A DNA stretch of 64,000 nucleotides. Source: Octopus vulgaris. Taxonomy: Eukaryota. The stretch covers positions 99,944,001 to 100,008,000 of the forward strand of contig OX597820.1 of NCBI GenBank assembly GCA_951406725.2, written 5' to 3'. Positions 53,625 to 64,000 of the stretch are shown here, piece by piece; within the stretch, counting starts at the first letter, position 1, and every line of letters begins with the position of its first letter. The notes under the pieces were generated by a model, which saw nothing but the letters and a program-made list of their open reading frames with translations, ran no database searches and was not told the origin of the DNA. The position numbers were made by a program, and so were the translations under genes.

Positions 53625-54284
53625 CGCGCGTGCGTGTTTACGTCACTGTAATTTAGCTGTTCAGCAAAAGACCCTGATAGAATAAGTACCAGGCTTACAA
53701 AGAATAAGTCCAGGGGTAGATTTCGTCGGTTAAAAGGCGATGCTCCAGCATGGCCATAGTCAAATGACAAAAAAGATATATTCTCTTATTCTTCCATTTG
53801 CTTCAGTCACTTAACTGTGGTCATTTGACTAAAAAATTTCATGGTGGTGCTCCAGCGTGGCCGAAGTCTATTACCTGAAGCAGATAATTCAAACATATAC
53901 ACACAGAGACACACACAAGTTTTGCGTAAATATTTTTTATTTAAGCGTTTACTGTATGTTTCTTTTAACATTTATCAGATTTGATTATTTCTGTTTATTT
54001 TAGTATATTATACCCCTGTTATACTGTATTGGTAATGATCGATCAGATGTCTCCATCATATCGTGAAAAATCTGCTTTTTTTTATGGCTGTGTTTTTGTA
54101 TGTACGTATGTATACTCTTTTACTCTTTTATTTGTTTCAGTTATTTGACTGCGGCCATGCTGGAGCACCGCCTTTAGTCGAGCAAATCGACTCCGGGACT
54201 TATTCTTTGTAAGCCTAGTACTTATTCTATCGGTTTCTTTGGCCGAACCGCTAAATTACGGTGACGTAAACACACCAGCATCGG

Positions 54285-54383
<99 letters not shown>

Positions 54384-54419
54384 AAGAAGAAGAAGAAGAA
54401 GAAGAAGAAGAAGAAGAAT

Positions 54420-54483
<64 letters not shown>

Positions 54484-54486
<3 letters not shown>

Positions 54487-55054
54487 GCCTTGATGCAGTA
54501 CCAGACAGTGGCTCTCATGGCTCCTGATCTTAACTGATTGGAAGTGTTATCATGTACCTTGTTTGTACCTTGTTTTGTCTTGGTATAAAAGATGGGCCAC
54601 AGCAAATATTCTGCTCAACACCACAGATTTGCTTGTCAGTTGTTTGACCATAACCAGTTGACCATATCCCTTAGTGGCTGACGATATGTGCATCTCTGAT
54701 CACAAGGTGAAGTAGTGGGGGGGGAGCATTGTAGCCGTGTGTTGAAAGGAATTCTTAGAAGTTTGGATAATTCCCCTTTGGAAACATGGGTGGTTCTTTC
54801 AACATCATTAAACAATCCTTATTCAGGTATCTTTTGAGCGAGATGGGCTACTCGACCAGAAGAAAATTCTAACTGGGCCCCACCTGCAAGGTCATGCTCT
54901 GTTTATCTTCATATGAGATCACCATGTCGCGCACATATGGCTGTGATGCATGTGCATAGTGTACCCTTATCAGACGAGTAGTCATGACTGGTATACTGGG
55001 CTTCGTATATTTTACCCCAGTGTCACATTGATAGCATGCGCTGCTCTCTCACTC
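54484..55054 (+). mobile_element. Full-length ~560-bp non-coding element in (TAA)n
   Basis: Starts aatgccttgatgcagtacca and ends ctctctcactc|aataat. Homologous end to end with 20382-20938 and 61753-62311. Confidence 0.9.
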
Positions 55055-55063
55055 AATAATAAC

Positions 55064-55136
<73 letters not shown>

Positions 55137-55180
55137 GTAATAATAATAATAATAACAACAACAACAACAAATACTACTAC

Positions 55181-55252
<72 letters not shown>

Positions 55253-55253
55253 A

Positions 55254-55300
<47 letters not shown>

Positions 55301-55350
55301 AAACAACAACAACAACATCGAATGAGAACCCAAGTTCGAAATTTTCCTAA

Positions 55351-55395
55351 GACACCTGATGAAACTGGAGGGTATATCAACCGAAATGTTCGGTC
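55351..55395 (+). ncRNA. Degenerate hammerhead-like motif
   Basis: gacac-CTGATGA-aactggagggtatatcaacc-GAAA-tgt-TC-ggtc. The core is intact but stem II pairs poorly. Confidence 0.35.
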
Positions 55396-55936
55396 AACGA
55401 CAAACAAGATGAGGATAAATATCCGTCAAATGTAAATAATCTAAATAATGTGCATTCTTAAGTGATGTTAAAGACCAAATTCAATCCTATAGACCAAGAT
55501 ATGTGATGAAATATGTGAGGCAACGAAAGAGATCATGTGTAGTTGTTTGACATGTTAGAAATTGTAGTGAAATCACACGCGAATTACATTTTAATGCTTA
55601 AAATAAAGAGGAAGTATGCTTTGGATAATATAATTCTAAATGTGCAATACACAAGAAAAGATCTAGATTAACGTGGGTGTGAATATCTGATTATTTACGT
55701 CTACTTAATGGACCCTGGTCTCGGTCTTAACAGCAGTAAAAATACATGCTTAGTGTATTCTTCTGTTTATTAATAAATAATTACGATGGTTAATTAAAGA
55801 GGGAATGATATTTCGGTGGAAAAATCTTTATAAAAAAACAATTAAAGACATGTGAATTAATTACAAAAAGTAAGAGAATTCTTACTAATACCCACATATT
55901 TTATGAATTGTATTTATAAATTATATTCAAAAAAAC

Positions 55937-57112
55937 TTACATGAATGTCAAATTTTTAAATATATAATTGAGAACCTTTGGAAAATATTTTCTTTTTAAG
56001 TAAAGTACAAAACATAGGATTATTGCTATAATAATCAGCCACACACGAATATAAAATGTTTCGTCTGTATTATGTTCAATATACAAAATTTCTCCTTGGT
56101 TCTTGGCGCTGCGATTAGCAAAAATGGTTAAAAGTTTTTTTTCTATAGCTTCCATGTGATTCCTATTACTTCTCTTATCAGTTATTGCAAACATTAGTAC
56201 ACTTGACTCATAATCAGGTGAAGAAAATTTCTGAATAGGATTGTAAAATTCATAAAATTTATTTGAGTAAGGTAGCTCTATATTCAATTTTTCTGCTAAA
56301 AGTCCATTCCAAGCATCATCAGGCATAAAAACATGGTTGTCCAATGCAGCAATATACAGTTTATTAATTAGAAAAATATGTGCCACATAACCCACGCCAT
56401 TACAAAATCGGGGAAAGCGCTTTCCTTTGTAAAGAATATTCTGAGGAACGTGTTTCACTTCGTGAAAGAATTTTACATCTCCTGAATCTTCATATCTGTA
56501 ACAGGCTACAAAACGATCTTTACGTGTTGATTGAAGCAACTGATGTTGTAGATGAGGCACCAATTTGTATTGATCTACAAAAAGTTCATCGTTCATGACC
56601 ATGACATAATCAGCGTTACCACAAAATTCTACACTCCATTTCCACGCCATTATTGTTTTTAATGAAACATTAGTGTAGGACTCCATAAAATCTTCCTGAA
56701 TGATATCTCTATACTTATTACTCTCGTTCTGAATTAAGGATTCTAATGTAGAATTTTTTGTTTTACCAAATATGAAAACATGTCTAACAATTATATTTTT
56801 TGAGTAAGGATCATGCGGAATATCCTGGAATATTTCTCTTAGTATTTCCCGACGACCAAAATTGGTGTGAAAGCTTCTAACAATATAGAGAAGTAAAAGT
56901 CGTTCATGCCTAGAACAGAGATCTGGTTCATTGATAAGTCTTTTGAAGTTGTGTTTGTAAGGTCGTGGTTTATCATAATACTCATCTGGAACATTTGAAC
57001 CCTTCGGTTTTTTTCTATAAGTCACTTTGGTATGTTTTAATATCGATGTTCTTTTATCGAAGTACGACTGTTCAAGAGCAAAACTTATACCTAAAAAGAA
57101 AATAAATGCCAA
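55937..57112 (-). CDS. Glycosyltransferase family 31 (beta-1,3-galactosyltransferase-like) protein; start not resolved
   Basis: 391-codon ORF with GT31 motifs LLLLYIVRS..NFGRRE, VFIFG, ESNKYRDIIQEDFMESYTNVSLKT, WSVEFC..ADYVM, FPRFCNGVGY and DDAWNG. The track start is TTG directly after an in-frame TAA. A likely splice acceptor (ttttctttttag) ends at 57091. Confidence 0.85.
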   Translation of the reverse strand: MAFIFFLGISFALEQSYFDKRTSILKHTKVTYRKKPKGSNVPDEYYDKPRPYKHNFKRLINEPDLCSRHERLLLLYIVRSFHTNFGRREILREIFQDIPHDPYSKNIIVRHVFIFGKTKNSTLESLIQNESNKYRDIIQEDFMESYTNVSLKTIMAWKWSVEFCGNADYVMVMNDELFVDQYKLVPHLQHQLLQSTRKDRFVACYRYEDSGDVKFFHEVKHVPQNILYKGKRFPRFCNGVGYVAHIFLINKLYIAALDNHVFMPDDAWNGLLAEKLNIELPYSNKFYEFYNPIQKFSSPDYESSVLMFAITDKRSNRNHMEAIEKKLLTIFANRSAKNQGEILYIEHNTDETFYIRVWLIIIAIILCFVLYLKRKYFPKVLNYIFKNLTFM

Positions 57113-57569
57113 TTATGTATTACAAAAATCTAAAAAATATATTATGTATTACAATTATGTATTACAATTTATGCATTACAAAAATTTTTTAAAAGCATGA
57201 GTTCCAATTATATATTACAAAAATGTATATCATTAGCGCAGAGAAAATCAGGTTATTCTTCATTTGTTTTCAATAGCACTGTTTCACTCATCACATTGAA
57301 CTATCTCAAATTATTTCAATTTTTCTAGATGTCACTCTTACATAAATAACTACTATCAGTACTCGTGAAATTTCCTGAATTATTTTAAAAATTGTAACAC
57401 AAAATTGTATATTTTTCTGAAATAATTGATTCTTCAGATGGTATAAAAGTCCACATAGGTAGCATTGAAGACGCAGTCTCAAGAAACAACTTTTTTTGAA
57501 AGCTACATTCTTATGCTTAGTACTTTGTGAGTTATCTAATATTTTTCGCTTTATGCCAAGAAGTAAACT

Positions 57570-57740
57570 GGACTGGTGATGCGTTGTGTTCTTGAGCAAA
57601 ACACTTCATTTCACATTGTTCCAGTTCACTCAGCTAACAAACATGAATAATTCTGCGACGGAGCGGTTTACTGTCCAGGATGCGATGTATATGCCACAGA
57701 GTCCGAGAAACCGGATTCAAGAGTCAATGGTTCGGGAAAG
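57570..57740 (+). mobile_element. SINE fragment related to family D
   Basis: gcgttgtgttcttgagcaaaacacttcatttcacattgttccagttcactcagct. Confidence 0.6.
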
Positions 57741-58113
57741 ACTCTTGATCCTCCTTTTGGACAGTATATTTGTAAAGTTTCGACAAATCAGAATATGCTA
57801 CTTGGAAAGGAAAACTATAAAAACGATTAATCTTAAACTTTCTTGTCTTTTCCTATTCTTAGTTTACATTGTATATCGTTGTCCCTATTTTATAAACAAG
57901 TATTCTTCGACTGTGCAAGCAAAATTTAATAACAATTAAACGCATGCATCAAAAGATAGGTGATGTAAAATATTTTCAAAAACATTAAAAACTACATTTT
58001 TTGCTGTCCAGCCACCACTGCTACCTCCATTAAACAATATCCACCACTATCATCATTTAACGGCCGACCACCGGCACTATACTTATCACTAACAAGGCTC
58101 AGTCTAAATACAC

Positions 58114-58157
<44 letters not shown>

Positions 58158-58415
58158 TTTATTAAGCCACTTGGTGGTAAATGGATGTACTATTAAATTA
58201 GTATCCAATTTTCTGACCCTTATCGTTTGATTATATATATATCCCACTTCTGACAGATAATTTTTTCCCCGTTACTTAGCGGTTCGGCACAACAGACCGA
58301 TAGAATAAGTACTGGGCTTACATAAGAATAAGTCCCAGGTTCGAGTTGCTCGATTAAAAAGGCGGTGCTCCAGCATGGCCGCAGTCAAATGACTGAAACA
58401 AGCAAAAGAGAGTAA

Positions 58416-58464
<49 letters not shown>

Positions 58465-59097
58465 GTCTGGAGATATTTATTCTGTTTTAATGCTTTGTTA
58501 ATTAACACAGTCACCGGTTGGATTTCCACTCATTTACTTACTTATTTTTTCAATAGTGGTTGACTGTGTCCGTTATTGGAGCTGAGTTCTTTTTGTATGT
58601 TTGTTTGTGTGCATGTATATGCGTCAGTTTTGCATGTGTATATACATATGTATGTATGTATATAAGTAGATATGTATGTAAGTATTATGTATGTAGGTGT
58701 TTGTGTATCCATTTATATATATATATATATATATGCTTTTGTACGTTTGTGTGTATGTATTCTGCATATTCATGTGTTTGTGTGTTCATGTTTCTATATT
58801 TGTGTGTGTATGTGTGTGCGTCTGTGTGTGCGTATTCTTCTATTTTATTCCTTTATTCTTTTATTTTATACCTTATAAACTGTGAATTTTATTCCTTGTG
58901 AACTAAATTTTCCCTGTCTAAAATATTCATACCTTGACAGATTACCCAGTGCACGGACATGGTTACCAACCACTTGGGTTGACCCAGAAACGGCTGAAAG
59001 ACTTCAAATTCATCTTACCTTAATTAAATTATTCTAAATGACTTGAGGTTCTCGTTCTGCCTTGGTTTTTATTTTCCTTCTAATATAATGAATGATA

Positions 59098-60037
59098 CTA
59101 GCTTAAGGTGACCCGCTCTACGCGCGGGAGATGTTTTGGTTGTTGGACCAATGTATTAATGTAGCATTAAGAACGAAGAGCTCATTTACATTTAATTTAT
59201 AAAATATGAATACTTATTTTTTGAAATTGACAGTTAAAGCATGGAAAAATGTGCTTTAAGTATAGCTTAGAAAAATGGAGAAAAGATAGCGAATGAGGGA
59301 TTATGTTAATGATTTTAAGTTTTTCAGTAAAGTAAAATGTTAAACAATAAATTTTAAATATGGAAACTTATCACCAGAAGGCAAGCGAATAGCCCGTATT
59401 AGAAATATTTTTCTTTTGGGTCAAAAGGCTATTTAGTAATCAAAAAGTTACCCGAGCATGTGCCTCCCTATTTTGCAAATTCCTCACTCTAGCTCGGTGG
59501 TTTGATAAGTTGGAGCGCTAACGCATAGACATATGGAAAAGCAAATTTGAGAAATGAAATACTTGGAAACCTAAAGTTGATTTGGTTTAGAATGAGAAAA
59601 CGATTAAAATAGTTAAGATGTAAATATTTCAAAACTGGAAAATTTTCAAATTTATAGAAAATTTTTTATTAACGACGGTCGGCTTGAGCACACAAATAAA
59701 TTCTTTTTATCCACGCAAAAATAAATAATATCTGTTACCTTTCTGAAAGACCTGTGGTAGGAATATTTAAACTTTTGCGGCTGTCATTGAGAGACGCGTT
59801 GGAGAAGAAAGAGAGACGGCGGAGGTGACAAACGTCGTTATAGAGTGAGAAAAAATGGAGAGAAGCGGAAAAGAGAGAGATCGAGGAAGAAAAGGCGATA
59901 TATGAAAGAGAGGACTGAAAAATGAAATATTTTGAAACCTAAAGATGATTTGTTTTAAGAGAAAGATTCTCATGATTGTGTGGTGGTGGTGGCGATGATA
60001 ATTCTCTTTATGAATGTAGAAAAAGTAGAGAGAGAGA

Positions 60038-60087
<50 letters not shown>

Positions 60088-60404
60088 CAGTGCTGGCGAA
60101 GGAAAGATAGTAGACGCTATCAAATGACGTTATAGAGAGAACGTGAAAGGAAAGGAAGAGAGAGAGAGAGAGATGGATGGAGACAGGCACACAATAGAAT
60201 GTGATGGCTGCGAGGGAAAGATAATAGGCGCTGTGAAACGACGTTATAGATAGAATTTGAAAGGAAGGGAGGAAAGGGAGTGAATGATGGAGGAAGAAAG
60301 ATATATAAATGAATGGGAGTAGAATTGTCAAAGTACGTTTTTGGCCCTAGCAACGACACCTTTTAAGAGAGGGATTTTCGCATTTCAGCATTATAATACA
60401 GAGA
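59098..60404 (-). mobile_element. Non-autonomous Helitron-like element
   Basis: The minus strand runs A|TCTCTGTATTATAA... to hairpin cccgc(gcgtaga)gcggg, then ~10 nt and CTAG|T. It is inserted between A and T with no TSD and has an internal (GA)n. Confidence 0.7.
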
Positions 60405-60425
60405 TAATGATGTGTGTGCGTGTTT

Positions 60426-60481
<56 letters not shown>

Positions 60482-60659
60482 GTGTGTGTGTGTGCGTGTG
60501 TTTATGTGTTTGTGCGTGTGAGCGTGTGTGAGTGTATAGTTATATCCAGTTAAGTACAGTATAAAGTTCGTTCACGCATACATGGAAAAGGTACTATCTT
60601 CCAGGGACGTGACATGTTGAACCCCACGTTGAAGTGCTAAAAAGTTATTGATCGTCTTA

Positions 60660-60920
60660 TCTAACAAACGTAGAAGCAATTTTGAAAATGTCAGTTCCAT
60701 CAGATGTAAACCAAATGAGATCGTTCTTGGGCTGCTTAGCTATTAATGTATGATCCTACTTTCCATGCAACGTTTCAGTGAACCTTAAACCATCTGCTTC
60801 AGAAAGATACAAAAACACGAAGCCTTCGAAGAGGCGAAAGAATTATTGCAATCTGAGTTATCACTAACTTATTATGACCCGAAACTGGAAATAACAGCAG
60901 CTGCAGATGCCATGGAAACG
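60660..60920 (+). mobile_element. Gypsy/Ty3 LTR retrotransposon pol fragment (RT-RNase H connection)
   Basis: Peptides are 'VEAILKMSVPSDVNQMRSFLG', 'LNHLLQKD' and 'AFEEAKELLQSELSLTYYDPKLEITAAADA'. Confidence 0.85.
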
Positions 60921-61087
60921 AGCGGATACCTAAATACTTTCTGCTTATCTCCCTTGAATGATTGGACTTTTGCTTACTTCCCTTGAATCATTAAGCATAC
61001 AAAACCCGTCTGTATGAGCGAACTTGCAGCGTATTTGAGACTTGTGTTGCTTGTCGGGGTAAAACTTTCCACAACGATGTGTGAATT

Positions 61088-61175
<88 letters not shown>

Positions 61176-61615
61176 CTGTGTGTGTCTGAGTGCTTGTGTG
61201 TGCGTGCGTGCAAAACTACTACAGTTGAAGATGACCAGAATTTCTTTTTCTATAGCGGATGAGCGACAATCTTTTGATACAGACACAGTACAGGCTACGC
61301 TTTCAGGCCTTTTTGGAGAAGGTTTCAGGAGTAACCCAATAGGTTCACTATTAATTCCGTGAAATATTCACGGGTGTCTCTAGTACATATACATGTACAT
61401 GCATGCATGTATGCATACATACATGCATGTATGCATACATACATACATACATACATATATACATACATACAGGCAGACGGACAGACGTATAGACACACAA
61501 AAAAACATGTGTGTGTGTGTGAGTACATACATACATATATACATGTAACGACGGAGGTAAAGTATAAGCACCCCACCTCCTTAATTTTATTGAGTTTTTT
61601 TTTTTTTTTTGCCCT

Positions 61616-61691
61616 GGGGTATATGGCGCAGTAGTTAAGAGCACGGGATACTAACCCTAAGATTCCGAGCTTGATTCCTTGGAGTGTTCTG

Positions 61692-61692
<1 letters not shown>
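61616..61692 (+). mobile_element. tRNA-derived head (SINE 5' part) running into (TAA)n
   Basis: tggcgcagtagttaagagc is A box-like and gagcttgattcc is a degenerate B box. It does not fold as an intact tRNA. Confidence 0.55.
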
Positions 61693-61752
<60 letters not shown>

Positions 61753-61755
<3 letters not shown>

Positions 61756-62311
61756 GCCCTGATGCAGTACCAGGCAGTGGCTCTCATGGCTTCTGATCTT
61801 AACTGATTGGAAGTGTTATCATGTACATTGTTTTGTCTTGGTATAAAAGATGGGCTACAGCAAATATTCTGCTCAATACCACAGATTTGCTTGTCAGTTG
61901 TTTGACCTTAACCAGTTGAGCATGTCCCTTAGTGGCTGACGATATGTGCATCTCTGATCACGAGCAGAAGTAGTGGGGGAGCATCATAGCCATGTATTGA
62001 GAAGGATTCTTTGGGGTTTGAATAATTCACCTCTGGAAACATGGGTGGTTCTTTCAACATCCTTAAACAACCCTTATTCAGGGACCTTTTGAGCGGGATG
62101 GGCTACTCAACCTGAAGAAATTTCTAACTGGGTCCCACCTGCAAGGTCATGTGCTGTTTATCTTGATATGAGATCACCATGTCGCACACATATGGTTGTG
62201 ATGCATGTGCCTGGTGTGTACCTTTATCAGACGGGTAGTCATGATGGCTATATTGGGCTTTGTATATTTTACCCCAGTGTCACTTTGATGGCATGCACTG
62301 CTCTCTCACTC
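61753..62311 (+). mobile_element. Full-length ~560-bp non-coding element in (TAA)n, followed by a truncated second copy (62410-62472)
   Basis: Same start and end as the other two full copies, with (TAA)n on both sides. Confidence 0.9.
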
Positions 62312-62403
<92 letters not shown>

Positions 62404-62464
62404 TAATAAATGCCCTGATGCAGTACCAGGCAGTGCTCTCATGGCTACTGATCTTAGCTGATTG

Positions 62465-62870
62465 GAAGTGTTTGCTTGTACCTTTCATAAAGTCACTGCC
62501 GTGCACTGGTTGTCAAATGCCATCCACACTCATGCAAGTGTGTGTGTTTGTCATGGTGTTGTGTGTGCGCGTGTGTGCGCGTGCGTGTGTGCGTGTGCGT
62601 GCGTGTGTACGCATGCATGAGTGTGGATGGCATTTGACAACCAGTGCACGGCAGTGACTTTATGAAAGGTACAAGCAAACACTTCTATGTGTGTCTCTCT
62701 GCGTGTGTGTGAATAGATGTGTCTGTGTGTCTGTAGTATTTGGTCAGATGGCGTCTGTTTGTCAAGTGTGTGTGGTTGTCATGGTGTTGTGTGTGCGCGT
62801 GTGTGCGCGTGCGTGTGTGCGTGTGCGTGCGTGTGTACGCATGCATGAGTGTGGATGGCATTTGACAACC
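62465..62870. repeat. Perfect 72-bp inverted repeat plus ~108-bp direct duplication
   Basis: 62465-62536 is the reverse complement of 62614-62685. 62535-62642 is repeated at 62763-62870 with about one mismatch. Confidence 0.9.
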
Positions 62871-63126
62871 AAACTTCCAATAATATATTTGTTTTATTCT
62901 TTTCTGCCCATTTTTTCAAATATTCTCATCACACTGTTGTACTTCTTTATGTCCTTAACATGTCCCTGTTACCAAAGACTGTATATATACATGTAATGTG
63001 GCAATTATGTAAAAAAATTTTTTGGAATTCATAATAATCTATGTTACTTTTGACAATCTTTTTCCAAAGAGTGAAACCGGTTAAGTAAATAAACATCTTT
63101 TAAATTGCATTTTCAAACCTTCTTTC

Positions 63127-63182
<56 letters not shown>

Positions 63183-63200
63183 TTATGTTTATATATTAAA

Positions 63201-63250
<50 letters not shown>

Positions 63251-63887
63251 TTATGTTTATATATTATAATGTATATATATATATATATATATATATATTA
63301 CAAAATATAAAGTAATATCTTGAGATCGTTAGTGACAACAACGCTCAAAATATATAGCAGAGCTGTATACACTTTTTAATCCTAGGTGAGGAAATGCGAG
63401 CAGCACCTACAAAAGCACTACAAAATCCACAGAAAGATCAAACACATACATATATTCATATATTCATTTATATCTACTGAACAGGCATAAAGTCCGACGT
63501 TTAGAAATATATAGTAATATACAAATATATAAACAGCATATAAAAATATATTGTACGCATACGATCCCCTCGACGTTCCATAAGAAATTTAGAAAAAAAA
63601 TTGCAAAAAAAGTTAGAGGTAATAATAACAATTGAATTAAATATAGTAAATATAGTAAGTAGTAATTAAATATATTTTATTTTATTAAAATGGTAATTAA
63701 ATCGTTATATAACAATGAAAAGAAAAAATAGCAATTAGTATAAAATGTATCAAGGACTTGAACTCGAATATGTGGCTTTGCATGAATGGGAGAAATTAAA
63801 ATATGAAAATTTTAATTGAGTGCAGAAGTGAATTAGTCCAGATCCAGATGTGCTTATACCATTTACTATAGCTGCTAGATTGAATTA

Positions 63888-64000
63888 TCTCTCTATATAT
63901 AAAACTGAGAATATGTTTCTGTCTGTCTGTCTGTCTGTCTGTGTTTTTCCCTAAAACTTGAGAACTACACAACCAATTTCATTCAAATTTTACACATGCC
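63888..64000 (+). mobile_element. 5' end of a non-autonomous Helitron-like element, running off the window
   Basis: A|TCTCTCTATATATAAAACTGAG...(GTCT)n...aactacacaaccaatttcattcaaattttacaca, a typical Helitron-N start. Confidence 0.6.

Noticed and set aside
61933-61992. CTGACGA...GAAG inside the 560-bp element as a possible hammerhead
   Set aside because: There is no GAAA core and no stem II directly adjoining the core, so it is not canonical.

Overview
This is an AT-rich, microsatellite-saturated animal genomic window. The repeat families resemble those of an octopus or other coleoid cephalopod, which is an inference and not confirmed. The only convincing host gene is a GT31 beta-1,3-galactosyltransferase-like ORF (55937-57112, minus strand). 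It has an altered DxD motif, a C-terminal transmembrane segment and an unresolved start codon. The rest is mobile DNA and simple repeats: at least four tRNA-derived SINE families, R4/Dong-like RLE retrotransposon fragments in (TAA)n arrays, RTE, CR1, Gypsy and Penelope-like remnants, a Chapaev-like and a Tc1/mariner transposase fossil, several MITEs and Helitron-like elements. Almost all short ORFs in the track are microsatellite artefacts. Three candidate systems stand out. (1) A young ~560-bp non-coding element sits inside (TAA)n and carries an R4/Dong-like two-hairpin 3' end, so it may be a non-autonomous partner of R4/Dong. (2) Foldback palindromes lie in (TA)n tracts, some with outward-facing minimal hammerhead-ribozyme cores, and there are also stand-alone hammerhead motifs. 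(3) A 2-kb gag/ORF1-only retroelement with a target-site duplication is inserted into a SINE tRNA-like head.
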